Assembly (NCBI GenBank): GCA_033581555.1
Contig: JAVQSZ010000007.1
Location: forward strand, 37,093-101,092
From: Nitrososphaerota archaeon
Lineage (GTDB): Archaea; Thermoproteota; Nitrososphaeria_A; Caldarchaeales; Calditenuaceae
DNA: 64,000 bases
Direction of reading: 5' to 3'
A program made the position numbers and the translations under genes. Shown piece by piece: positions 46,423 to 55,710 of the stretch. Positions within the stretch are counted from its first letter, which is position 1; each line of letters starts with the position of its first letter. The notes below the pieces were generated by a model. The model was given only the letters and a program-made list of their open reading frames with translations, did no database searches and was not told the origin of the DNA.

Positions 46423-47199
46423 TCAGAGCTCGTACGCCTCCCTCAGCCTGTTCCCGAGCCTCTCGGCCCTGAGGTGCTCGAGCCTCTTCGGGTCCAGCTC
46501 AATGGAGATCACCCCCGGCTCCTCTCCCGCCTGCTCCTCCCGCGTCAGCACGACGCCTCCCCTCAGCTCGACCAGGTCGACCGCGAGGGACCTGCCGTTG
46601 AAGGAGCTCCCGAGGACGACGTTGCACCCCACCACCTGACATCGGTTCTCGAGGGCCCTCGCCCTGAGGTAAACGTGCCAGGGCTCGACGCCCTCCCTCC
46701 TTATCCTCGAGGGGTTCAGCAGCAGCTCCGCGCCCTTCAGGACCAGCGTCCTCGCCGCCTCGGGGTAGACGACGTCGTGGCAGACCAGTATCCCGAACCT
46801 CACGCCAGCGGCCTCGAAGGTCCTGAACTCCATCCCCCTCCTCAGCACCAGCCTCTCCTCCTTGTAGGGGTGGACCTTGTCCTGGTGCCCCACCACCTCC
46901 CCTCCCGGCGAGATGACCGGCACCCTCGCGGCCGGCCTGCCCTCGACCAGCGCGTAAAGCGCCCCCGCGACGACCCACCCGTTCAGGGACCTCGCGACCT
47001 CCCTGAGCCTCGAGACTGCCAGCTCCGAGGCCTCGACCGCGCCGGCGACGTCCGCGATCGGCGCCCTGTGAATCCACGCCTCGGGGAGGATGTAGAGCTC
47101 GGCCCGGGCATCGGACTCGGTCATCGCCCTGCAGGCCCACTCAATCGTCTCCGTGGGGCTCTCGAGCACCGGCGTCTGGACGATCGCGACCCTGACCAA
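46423..47199 (-). CDS. Carbon-nitrogen hydrolase (nitrilase superfamily)
   Basis: LPE, DKVHP, GILVCHDVVYPE (E-K-C triad), RARALEN. Confidence 0.92.
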   Translation of the reverse strand: MVRVAIVQTPVLESPTETIEWACRAMTESDARAELYILPEAWIHRAPIADVAGAVEASELAVSRLREVARSLNGWVVAGALYALVEGRPAARVPVISPGGEVVGHQDKVHPYKEERLVLRRGMEFRTFEAAGVRFGILVCHDVVYPEAARTLVLKGAELLLNPSRIRREGVEPWHVYLRARALENRCQVVGCNVVLGSSFNGRSLAVDLVELRGGVVLTREEQAGEEPGVISIELDPKRLEHLRAERLGNRLREAYEL

Positions 47200-47290
47200 C
47201 CGGACGACAGGGCCCGGTCCTCGGTTATGGGAATATCTCCGACTCCGGAGGGACGGATTTACATACGGGGCTTGAGCTAGAGGTGCGCGG

Positions 47291-47779
47291 ATGGAGGAGG
47301 GCGCCGAGGCTGAGCGCCGGGAGGAGCCTCAGGGGCTGACCGCGGAGGAGGTCGAGCGGCTCAGGGGGGAGAACGTCCAGCTCAGGGCGGAGGTCGCTAG
47401 GCTCATCGCGGCCTTCGAGCGGGTGCTCAGGCAGCTCGTCGAGGTCCACGCGACCTTGCTGAGGGTCTCCGAGACGGTGAGGGGCCTCTCCGAGGACGAG
47501 CAGCTCAGGCAGGTCGCGGAGGGGTTCAGGTTGATGGCCCAGAACGTCCTGAAGGCGCTCGAGTCGGAGGGCGTGAGGGTGATCGAGTCGGTCGGTAAGC
47601 CCTTCGACCCCGAGCTCCACGAGGCCGTGGGGTACGTCGAGACCGACGAGGCCGAGGAGGGGACGGTCGTTGCCGAGATCGAGCGGGGCTTCACCTTCAA
47701 CGACGTCGTCCTCAGGCCCTCGAAGGTCCTGGTCGCGAGGAGGCCGAGGGTGTCCCAGGAGACCGGGTTAGAGCCATGA
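47291..47779 (+). CDS. grpE: Nucleotide exchange factor GrpE
   Basis: Coiled coil, GKPFDPELHEAV, GTVVAEIERGF, VLRPSKVLV. Confidence 0.9.
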   Translation: MEEGAEAERREEPQGLTAEEVERLRGENVQLRAEVARLIAAFERVLRQLVEVHATLLRVSETVRGLSEDEQLRQVAEGFRLMAQNVLKALESEGVRVIESVGKPFDPELHEAVGYVETDEAEEGTVVAEIERGFTFNDVVLRPSKVLVARRPRVSQETGLEP

Positions 47780-48788
47780 CCCAGCCCTGAGGATAGGGGG
47801 AGATCAGGCCCCTCTCGAGGAGCTCCTCCCAGCCCAGCTCTCCGAGGGCCACCATCGCCTCCCCGGGGAGGAGTACTGGGACCCTGAACCTCTCCTGGTC
47901 CTCGACGCTCAGCCTGGGGCACGCGGTGTTCACGAGCGCTTCGTACCTCCCCTCGAGTTCCTCCGGCCTCACCTCGTCGACCACGACCACCTCCGCCTCG
48001 TAACCCTTGGACCTCAGCCTCTCCGCGATCCACCTCGCCAGCCCGAAGTACCTCTGACCCGGCTTCACCGAGACCACCACCCCCACCCTCCTCGAGGACC
48101 TGAACCTCTCGATCTGGCCGTACCTCTTCATCAGCGTCCTCCTCGTGAGCTCGCCGAGCGGCGTAACCCTCTGAGCGTGCGGGTCGGCGGCATAAACCTC
48201 CTTCCTCGCGGTCAGCGCGAGGCCGAGCCCGTGGAAGACCGATCCCACGACCACGTGCGCGTCCACCAGTGGGTCGAGCGGGAGCATCGTCGAGTAGTCG
48301 CACCCCAAGACTTGGCCCCTGTGGACCAGATGGCCTCCGGGCTCGCCGACGAGGACCTCGAGCCCCATCGCCCTCAGGTCCTCCGCGAACCTCTCGAGGA
48401 AGTCCAGCCACTGGACGGTCATCCCCAGCGAGACCGTCCTCTTTCCCTCGAGGTGCTCCCTTAGCTTCGGGAGCAGATCGCTCAGCGGCTCGTAGTCATT
48501 GTATCTGGCCTCGTAGTAGAATACGGGGACCTCCCTGACATCGACGAACCTCGCGTGTCCCACGTGGACGACCGCATCGCATCCCACGCCAACCGCCTCC
48601 TTTACCGAGACGTCGCACCCTCCCCAGCACGCCGACCCCGACATCACCACATCGACACCCATAGACCTGAGCGCGGCGCTGACCTCCAAGGCCGCCTCGG
48701 TCAGGCCCGGGGGGCACTGGACCATCACCCTCCCGAACCCGTTGGACCTGACCCAATCCCCCAGCCTCCGCAGCTCCTCCCTCGTCAC
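47712..48788 (-). CDS. dph2: Diphthamide biosynthesis enzyme Dph2
   Basis: QCPPGL, CWGGCD, HVGH, GQVLGC, SVKPGQ, NTACPRL (three Fe-S Cys). Confidence 0.94.
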   Translation of the reverse strand: MTREELRRLGDWVRSNGFGRVMVQCPPGLTEAALEVSAALRSMGVDVVMSGSACWGGCDVSVKEAVGVGCDAVVHVGHARFVDVREVPVFYYEARYNDYEPLSDLLPKLREHLEGKRTVSLGMTVQWLDFLERFAEDLRAMGLEVLVGEPGGHLVHRGQVLGCDYSTMLPLDPLVDAHVVVGSVFHGLGLALTARKEVYAADPHAQRVTPLGELTRRTLMKRYGQIERFRSSRRVGVVVSVKPGQRYFGLARWIAERLRSKGYEAEVVVVDEVRPEELEGRYEALVNTACPRLSVEDQERFRVPVLLPGEAMVALGELGWEELLERGLISPYPQGWVMALTRSPGTPSASSRPGPSRA

Positions 48789-48864
48789 CTTGCTGCTTCA
48801 GCTCCATCCTCCCTTAAGTCGGTGACTTGGCCTCGCGACCCTCGGCCCGGAGGGGGAACTGCAT

Positions 48865-49509
48865 GTGTGTCTCCCTCTCCGCGAGCTGTCCGGCGGGAGG
48901 CCTGCGGTCCGTCCTGACGTCGCGTCTGTCGCGACCCTGACGGGGTTCGCGCTGGCAACCTCGCTCAGCCCCGGGGGTGGGGTCGAACTCCTCTCGGGGA
49001 CCCCTCTCTTCCAGCTGGCCCTGGTCAGGGTCTCCGCGGTCGCGAGGGCCGTCTAGGCGCTCTCCGGCGACCTACACCTCGCCCTCTAAGCCGGCATATT
49101 CTTCAACGACCTGACCTCAGCGCTCGCCTTCGTCTCGATGCCCCTAGTCGTCAGGCCGGGTTATGATGCGGAGCTCAGGTCGCGACGCCGGAGTGCCCGC
49201 GACATCTCCGAAGCCCTCGCCGCATCGGTCAAACTCAGGGCCTGGACGGTCAAGGCCTCGTCGATCGCGGTCCCCTCGCTCGTCGCCTTCGAGATGGGCG
49301 ATAGCGCCCTCGCCTCCGGGTTGAGGCTCTTCATGGCCGTCGAGATGCGAGCGGTCCTGGCAGTGGCCGATGCCGTCCTCGGCTCGTCCCGCGTCGACTC
49401 GCCCGACTTCTTCCGCTCCTACCTCGAGCGCCTGGCCTCCAGCCTGCCCGTCGCGGTCATCCTGCTGCCCCTCGCAGCGGCCTTCGAGGTCTTGGAACTC
49501 CCGAGCTGA
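48865..49509 (+). pseudogene. Degraded membrane-protein gene, SpoIIM-like
   Basis: One reading frame interrupted by TAG 49054-56 and TAA 49087-89; retains GIFFNDL...and LLPLAAAFE, reminiscent of SpoIIM (IFxNN, AAxxE). Confidence 0.55.
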
Positions 49510-49536
49510 GCGGCGCGGAGTAGGAATATTACGACG

Positions 49537-50433
49537 ATGAGCACCAGATACGACGTGTTGCGGGAGACGGAGCTGCTCTTCGGTCACCTCAGGCTCCCGG
49601 CCTTCAGGGTCTACAGGCCCACGACGGTCGAGGAGGCCGTCGAGAGGTTGAACAGCTCGCCCGGCTCGCTCCCGATCTCCGGCGGGACTTCGCTCCTCCC
49701 AGCGCTCAGGCTCGGCACGGCTAAGGCCGAGGAGCTCGTGGACCTCTCGTACGTCAGGGACCTCCACGGCTTCACGAGAACGGCCGACGGGGTCGCGGTA
49801 GGCGGGATGACCAGGCACTCGGACCTGCCCGGCGCGCTCGAGGGCCCTGCGGCCGAGCTGGTGAGGTCCTTCCTCCGCAAGCACACCTCCCCCCACATCG
49901 CGAACCTCGCGACGGTGGGGGGCTCCGTGGGCGTGGGGCTCTCGACCGAGGACCTCCTGACTGTCGGGCTCGTCCTCGACGCGAGGGTCAAGCTCGCAGG
50001 TCCCGACGGGGCCTCCGAGGTCGACCTGAGCTCCTACCTATCCTCTAAGAAGTCCTACGCCGGGACGGTCGCGACCCACATCCTCTTCCCACGCAGGCCC
50101 GACGGATGGGTCTACGGTTTCGAGAAGGTCTCGCTCTCCGTCTCGAAGTGGCCGCTGGTGGCCGTGGCCTTCGGCCTTAAGGTCTCGGGGCGCGTCGTCG
50201 AGGACTGCAGGCTCTCGGCCGCCTATAGGTCGGGGAACGTCCAGGGCAGGCTTCTCGAGGCCGAGGCGGTCCTTAAGGGCTCCAGGCTGGACGGCTCGAC
50301 GATCGAGCGAGTCGTCGAGGCGGCGAGGCGGGACGTGAGGCCCGAGGGGAGCAACTTCGCCTCTGAGGACTACAGGCGGGACGTGACCGCGCGGCTTCTG
50401 GGCGCGGGGCTGCTGGAGGTGCTGGGGCAGTGA
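49537..50433 (+). CDS. Xanthine dehydrogenase family FAD-binding subunit
   Basis: RPTTVEEA, ISGGTSLL, IANLATVGGS, FASEDYRR. Confidence 0.9.
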   Translation: MSTRYDVLRETELLFGHLRLPAFRVYRPTTVEEAVERLNSSPGSLPISGGTSLLPALRLGTAKAEELVDLSYVRDLHGFTRTADGVAVGGMTRHSDLPGALEGPAAELVRSFLRKHTSPHIANLATVGGSVGVGLSTEDLLTVGLVLDARVKLAGPDGASEVDLSSYLSSKKSYAGTVATHILFPRRPDGWVYGFEKVSLSVSKWPLVAVAFGLKVSGRVVEDCRLSAAYRSGNVQGRLLEAEAVLKGSRLDGSTIERVVEAARRDVRPEGSNFASEDYRRDVTARLLGAGLLEVLGQ

Positions 50434-50891
50434 ACGTCAGCCTAAGGGTCAACGGGCGGACCTATCAGCTCGACGTCAGGGAGAACGAGCGGCTCGTCGA
50501 CGTGCTCCGCTACAGGCTCGGACTGATGGGCGTAAAGGAGGGCTGCGGCGAGGGTGACTGCGGTGTCTGCGTCGTCTTGATGGACGGCGTTCCGGTCCAC
50601 TCCTGCCTGGTGCTGGCCTACAGGGCCGACGGCAAGGAGGTGACGACCGTTGAAGGGATAGGCTCCGCGGAGTCCCTCCACCCGGTCCAGAGGGCCTTCG
50701 TCGACGCGGGTGCGGTCCAGTGCGGCTACTGCATACCAGCGGCAGTCCTCGTGGCCAAGTGGCTCCACGACGGGCGCGTCTCCTCCAAGGAAAAGGTCAG
50801 GTGGGCCTTCAGGGGGATCATGTGCAGGTGCGGGAGCTACGTGAGGTTCGAGGAGGCCGTGAGGCTGGTCGCCAGGAGGTCGGGCACGTGA
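50430..50891 (+). CDS. Xanthine dehydrogenase family 2x[2Fe-2S] subunit
   Basis: GCGEGDCGVC...SC; QCGYC...CRC. Confidence 0.94.
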   Translation: MNVSLRVNGRTYQLDVRENERLVDVLRYRLGLMGVKEGCGEGDCGVCVVLMDGVPVHSCLVLAYRADGKEVTTVEGIGSAESLHPVQRAFVDAGAVQCGYCIPAAVLVAKWLHDGRVSSKEKVRWAFRGIMCRCGSYVRFEEAVRLVARRSGT

Positions 50892-53242
50892 TGATGGACG
50901 AGGAGGTCATCAGGAGGTTCGAGGAGATCCTCAGGGCGAGGGAGTTCTACGTCGTCGGGAAGAAGGTCGCGAGGGTCGACGCGCTCGACGCGGTCCTTGG
51001 CAGGCCCATGTACACCTCCGACCTCCTCGCGGACAGGCCGCTGGTCGTGAGGGCCGTCAGGTCGCCCCACCCGCACGCTCTGATCAAGAGGGTCGACTCC
51101 TCGGCGTCGAGGGCTGCCGAGGGGGTCGTGGACGTGATCACCCACAAGGAGATTCCCGGAGCTAACCTGGCGGGCTCCCTGACCCCCGACAGGCCCCTGC
51201 TCGCGGTCGACAGGGTCAGGCACTTCGGCGAGGCAGTCGCGCTGATCGTCGGCGTCAGCGAGGAGGCGGCGGAGGAAGGGGTCAGGAGGTTCAGGGTCGA
51301 GTACGAACCGGTCCCGGCGGTCTTCGACCCCGTCGAGGCCCTGGACCCGAGGGCTCCTAAGGTCCAGGAGCAGGGGAACCTCGTCAACCACGTCAAGATC
51401 AGGAAGGGGAACGTCGAGGAGGGGTTCGCGAGGTCCGACGTCGTCGTGAGGAACGAGTTCAGGACGCCCTTCATGGACGGCCTGCCGATCGAGATCGAGG
51501 TCGCGTACGCGTACCCTGACCTCGACGGAGGCGTCACCTGCATCGCCTCGATGCAGAACCCGTTCGACGTCCACGCGAGGGTCTCCGCGATCCTCGGCCT
51601 CCCGCCGGAGAAAGTGAGGGTCGTCCAGGCAGCCACAGGGGGAGGCTTCGGGCCGAAGTCCGACGAGTCTCCGATAGACGTCGCAGCCTACGCGTCGCTC
51701 GCTGCGGTCAGGAACGGGAGGCCGGCCCTCGCGACCTTCACCAGGGAGGAGGCGATGGCGGTCCAGACGAAGAGGCACAGGTTCGTGATCGTCAACGAGA
51801 CCGGCGCGACATCGGACGGCAGGCTGACGGCGTGGAGGTCGACGCTCTACGCGGACACCGGCGCCTACATCTCCAAGGGCCATTTGGTCATCCAGAGGGC
51901 GACCTTCCACTGCACCGGGCCCTACGAGGTCCCGAACGTCTGGGCTGACGGGTACGCGGTCCTCACGAACAACACCGTCGCAGGGTCCACCAGGGGCTTC
52001 GGGGCTCCGCAAGCGCTCTTCGCGGCCGAGGTCCAGATGGACATCCTCGCGAAGAGATTGGAGATGGACCCGTTCGAGCTTAGGGCCAAGAACGCCCTCA
52101 GGCCAGGATCGCTCACAGCGACGTCGCAGAGGATCGACGACGACGGACTTGTGAGGTGCATCGAGAGGGCCAGGTCGCTCTCGAGGTGGTCCGAGAGGAG
52201 GTCCGAGTACAGGAGTTTCAACTCCGCCGGAGGGAGGTACAGGAGGGGGATGGGCGTCGCGCTCCTCTACCACGGCAACACGCTGGGCCCCGAGGGAGAC
52301 GACTACGCGATCGTTCACCTGAGGGCCGAACCCGACGGGACGCTGAAGCTCCACACCGGGCTGACCGAGTACGGAACCGGCGCGATCACGTCGCTCGCGA
52401 TGATCGTGGCGGAAGTCTTCGGGCTCAGGGTCGAGGACGTCCATGTCCTGAGGCCCGACACCAGCGCGGTCAAGAACCCGGGGCCCACGGTCGCGTCGAG
52501 GACGACGGTGATCGGCGGGAGGGCGGCCCTCGCGGCGGCCGCGAAGCTGAGGGAGAGGCTCGAAGGAGTTGCCGCGGAGCTCCTCGGGTGCAGGAGGGAT
52601 GAGGTCGAGTTCTCCGGCGGAAGGGTCAGGGTCAGAGGGGACCCGTCGAGGTCGGTGAGCTTCGCGGAGCTGGTGAGGAGGGCGAGGTCGATCGGCGTCG
52701 AGACCTCCGTGGAGGGCTACTACAAGGCCCCAGAAACGAGGTGGGACAAGGAGACCGGACAGGGAGCTCCCTACAACCAGTACACGTTCGGGGCGCTGGT
52801 CTCGGAGGTCGAGGTCGACACGGTCACGGGGCTCGTGAGGGTGATCAGGATGACCGCGGTCTACGACGTCGGCCGCGCCATCAACCCCCTTGGCCTCCAG
52901 GCGGTGATCGAGGGCGGGTCGATCATGGGACTGGGCCACGCGCTGACCGAGGAGATGCTCCACGTCAACGGAATACCCGTCACGCTGGGCCTGCAGGGCT
53001 ACCTGATACCGTCCTCCGCTGAGGTCCCCGAGGAGGTCGTCCACGAGGTCGTCGAGTCTCCCGGCCCGATCGGCGCGCTGGGCGCCAAGGCGATGGGCGA
53101 GATACCGGTGGTTCTCCCGATGGCCTCGATAGCGAACGCGGTCGCCGACGCGGTCGGCGTCCACATCAGGGAGACACCCTTAAAGCCAGAGCTGGTCCTG
53201 AGGGCGCTCGAGGAGGTCGGGCTGGTCTGGAGACCGAGGTGA
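50888..53242 (+). CDS. Xanthine dehydrogenase family molybdopterin-binding subunit
   Basis: RSPHPHA, GGGFGPK, TRGFGAPQ, GPTVASR, DVGRAINP, GAKAMGE (catalytic Glu); GTGA overlap at 50888. Confidence 0.95.
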   Translation: MMMDEEVIRRFEEILRAREFYVVGKKVARVDALDAVLGRPMYTSDLLADRPLVVRAVRSPHPHALIKRVDSSASRAAEGVVDVITHKEIPGANLAGSLTPDRPLLAVDRVRHFGEAVALIVGVSEEAAEEGVRRFRVEYEPVPAVFDPVEALDPRAPKVQEQGNLVNHVKIRKGNVEEGFARSDVVVRNEFRTPFMDGLPIEIEVAYAYPDLDGGVTCIASMQNPFDVHARVSAILGLPPEKVRVVQAATGGGFGPKSDESPIDVAAYASLAAVRNGRPALATFTREEAMAVQTKRHRFVIVNETGATSDGRLTAWRSTLYADTGAYISKGHLVIQRATFHCTGPYEVPNVWADGYAVLTNNTVAGSTRGFGAPQALFAAEVQMDILAKRLEMDPFELRAKNALRPGSLTATSQRIDDDGLVRCIERARSLSRWSERRSEYRSFNSAGGRYRRGMGVALLYHGNTLGPEGDDYAIVHLRAEPDGTLKLHTGLTEYGTGAITSLAMIVAEVFGLRVEDVHVLRPDTSAVKNPGPTVASRTTVIGGRAALAAAAKLRERLEGVAAELLGCRRDEVEFSGGRVRVRGDPSRSVSFAELVRRARSIGVETSVEGYYKAPETRWDKETGQGAPYNQYTFGALVSEVEVDTVTGLVRVIRMTAVYDVGRAINPLGLQAVIEGGSIMGLGHALTEEMLHVNGIPVTLGLQGYLIPSSAEVPEEVVHEVVESPGPIGALGAKAMGEIPVVLPMASIANAVADAVGVHIRETPLKPELVLRALEEVGLVWRPR

Positions 53243-53249
53243 TCGGCGC

Positions 53250-54209
53250 CTGACCGGTCAGCTCTTAGTCGTCGCGCTTGGAGGGAACGCGCTCCTCCAA
53301 AAGGGCCAGAGCGGGTCCTTCGAGGAGCAGTACGGCAACGTAGTCGAGACAGCGAAGTACCTCGCCGACCTCGTTGAGAGGGGGTACAGGCTGGTCATCA
53401 CCCACGGCAACGGCCCCCAGATCGGTGCGCAGATGCTCAGGCACGAGGCCGGCCGAAAGCTCTACGGAATACCGCCCTTCCCGATGGACGTCTGCGGCGC
53501 CGAGACGCAGGGCTTCATCGGGTACATGATCCAACAGGCCCTCAGGACCGAGCTCAAGCGCAGGGGGATAGACAAGTACGTGATCACACTGATAACGAGG
53601 GTGATCGTCGACCCCGAGGACCCGGCCTTCAGGAACCCGACGAAGCCGGTGGGGCCCTACTACACCGAGGAGGAGGTGGCGAGGTTCAGGGCAGAGCACC
53701 CCGAGTACGTCTTCAGGGAGGACAGGGCGAGGGGAGGTTGGAGGAGGGTCGTCCCGTCCCCGGACCCGAAGATCATCGCGGAGAGGCACGCGATCAGGAC
53801 GCTCGTCGACGCGGGGTTCATCGTCGTCGCCTGCGGCGGCGGAGGGATCCCGATCATCGAGAGGGACGGCTGGAGGGCCGAGGGGATCGAGGCGGTGATC
53901 GACAAGGACCTGGCCAGCGAGCGGCTCGCGACCCTCATCAGGGCCGACAGGCTGGTCATACTGACCGACGTCGACGGGGCCTACGTCAACTTCGGGAAGC
54001 CCGACCAGAGGAGGCTCGGGTGGGTGACCGTGAGCGAGCTGAAGAGGTACTACGAGGCGGGGCACTTCGAGTCCGGCAGCATGGGCCCGAAGGTCCTCGC
54101 GGCCATAAGGTTCGTCGAGTCCGGCGGGAAGGAGGCGATCATCACCGAGAGGCGGAATGTCCTCGGCTCCGTTGAGGGCGAGGAAGGCACCCACGTCGTC
54201 CCCGGGTAG
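53250..54209 (+). CDS. arcC: Carbamate kinase (probable CTG start)
   Basis: Frame extends upstream of the ORF-track ATG to give LLVVALGGNALL...ITHGNGPQIG; also PTKPVG, RRVVPSP, GGGGIP, AVIDKD, GSMGPKV. No in-frame ATG/GTG/TTG before VALGGNA; GAGGTGA sits 7 nt before CTG 53250. Confidence 0.92.
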   Translation: MTGQLLVVALGGNALLQKGQSGSFEEQYGNVVETAKYLADLVERGYRLVITHGNGPQIGAQMLRHEAGRKLYGIPPFPMDVCGAETQGFIGYMIQQALRTELKRRGIDKYVITLITRVIVDPEDPAFRNPTKPVGPYYTEEEVARFRAEHPEYVFREDRARGGWRRVVPSPDPKIIAERHAIRTLVDAGFIVVACGGGGIPIIERDGWRAEGIEAVIDKDLASERLATLIRADRLVILTDVDGAYVNFGKPDQRRLGWVTVSELKRYYEAGHFESGSMGPKVLAAIRFVESGGKEAIITERRNVLGSVEGEEGTHVVPG

Positions 54210-54274
54210 CTCCAACAGGCCCTTTCCCTGTCCGCGCAACCGCTTTAGTGAGGCGACTCCCTCGACTGACGGCG

Positions 54275-55684
54275 ATGCGGAGGTCGGAGGTCGGCGTCTT
54301 CGGGCTCGGAGCGATGGGCGAGGGCTTCGCGCTCAACCTCGCGGGGAAGGGGCTGAGGGTCTCGGTATACAACAGGACGCCGGAGAGGACGCGGGAGTTC
54401 GCCGCCAGAGTCCCTGAGGGCCACGAAGTCTCGCCGACGTACACCGTTGAGGAGTTCGTGAGGTCCCTCGAGAGGCCGAGAAGGGTCTTCGTCTTCGTCA
54501 AGGCCGGCCCCCCTGTCGACGAGGTGATAGGGTCCCTGCTCCCGCACCTCGAGGAGGGGGACGTCGTCGTCGACTGCGGGAACTCCCACTTCCGGGACTC
54601 TGACAGGAGGCAGAGAGAGCTGGGCTTGAAGTCGGTCGAGTTCGTCGGGATGGGCGTCAGTGGGGGATACGAAGGCGCGCTGAAGGGGCCCTCGATCATG
54701 GCCGGAGGCTCGCTCCCGGGCTACTCGGAGCTCGAGGACGTCCTGAAGAGGGTCGCGGCCGACTTCCGAGGAGAGCCCTGCGTTGGGTACTTCGGGCCCG
54801 GGGGCGCGGGCCACCTCGTCAAGACGGTCCACAACGGGATCGAGTACGCGCTGATGGGCTCGATCGCCGAGACCTACCACCTTCTCAGGGAGGCGCTGAA
54901 CATGACCTACGACGAGCTCTCCGAGGTCTTCGGTGAGTGGTCGGGGGGCGAGCTCTCCTCTTTCCTCGTCGAGGCGACCGCTCGCGTCCTCGCGCACAGG
55001 GAGGACGGGGAGCACCTGATCGAGAAGGTCCTCGACGTGGCCGAGCAGAAGGGGACCGGCATCTGGACCAGCCAGCTCTCCCTCGAGCTAGGGGTCCCCG
55101 CCCCGTCGATCGACGAGGCCGTCCACTACAGGTTCGTCAGCGCGAGGAGGGACCTGAGGTCCGCGTACTCGAGGCACTCGTGCGGCGTGAGGCCGACGAG
55201 GGAACCCGACAGGCAGGAGCTCCTGGAGGCAGCGAGGTCGTCGCTCTACCTCACCCACCTCGCCTCCTACGCCCAGGGCCTCCTCCTCCTATCCGAGGCC
55301 TCGAAGCGGCTCGGGTACGGGTTCGACCCCGCGGAGGCCTTCAGGGTCTGGAGGGCTGGGTGCATCATCAGGTCCAAAGTCGTCGAGAGGGCCTACTCCG
55401 CCTTCGAGTCGACGTCAGGTGACCGGCTCGGCCAGTTCCTCGAGGAGTTCTCTGGGGACTTCAGGCACGGCGTCGCGGGCTGGAGGAGCTTCGTCTCTAC
55501 CGCGGTCAGGCTCGGCGTCCCGGTCCCGGTCACGTCTTCAGCGCTCAACTGGTTCGCGTCGATCACGTCGGGATGGATCGCGGCCAACCTAGTCCAAGCC
55601 CTCAGGGACTACTTCGGGAGGCACGGGTTCTACCGCGTCGACAGGCCTGGGAGCTTCACCTCGAGCTGGGGGAGGGGTCCCTGA
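54275..55684 (+). CDS. gnd: NADP-dependent 6-phosphogluconate dehydrogenase (long, decarboxylating type)
   Basis: GLGAMG, YNRT, VKAG, DCGNS, GVSGG, GHLVKTVHNGIEY, QKGTG, WRAGCIIRS, QALRDYFG. Confidence 0.95.
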   Translation: MRRSEVGVFGLGAMGEGFALNLAGKGLRVSVYNRTPERTREFAARVPEGHEVSPTYTVEEFVRSLERPRRVFVFVKAGPPVDEVIGSLLPHLEEGDVVVDCGNSHFRDSDRRQRELGLKSVEFVGMGVSGGYEGALKGPSIMAGGSLPGYSELEDVLKRVAADFRGEPCVGYFGPGGAGHLVKTVHNGIEYALMGSIAETYHLLREALNMTYDELSEVFGEWSGGELSSFLVEATARVLAHREDGEHLIEKVLDVAEQKGTGIWTSQLSLELGVPAPSIDEAVHYRFVSARRDLRSAYSRHSCGVRPTREPDRQELLEAARSSLYLTHLASYAQGLLLLSEASKRLGYGFDPAEAFRVWRAGCIIRSKVVERAYSAFESTSGDRLGQFLEEFSGDFRHGVAGWRSFVSTAVRLGVPVPVTSSALNWFASITSGWIAANLVQALRDYFGRHGFYRVDRPGSFTSSWGRGP

Positions 55685-55710
55685 AGGCGCTCGGAGGGGT
55701 CTCGTGACCG

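Noticed and set aside
50837-53164. 775-aa antisense ORF, and many other long overlapping ORFs (e.g. 6001-7680, 16508-17950, 20477-21937, 29185-30408)
   Set aside because: Shadow frames of high-GC genes; P/R/L/G-rich, no motifs, and overlapping well-supported genes.
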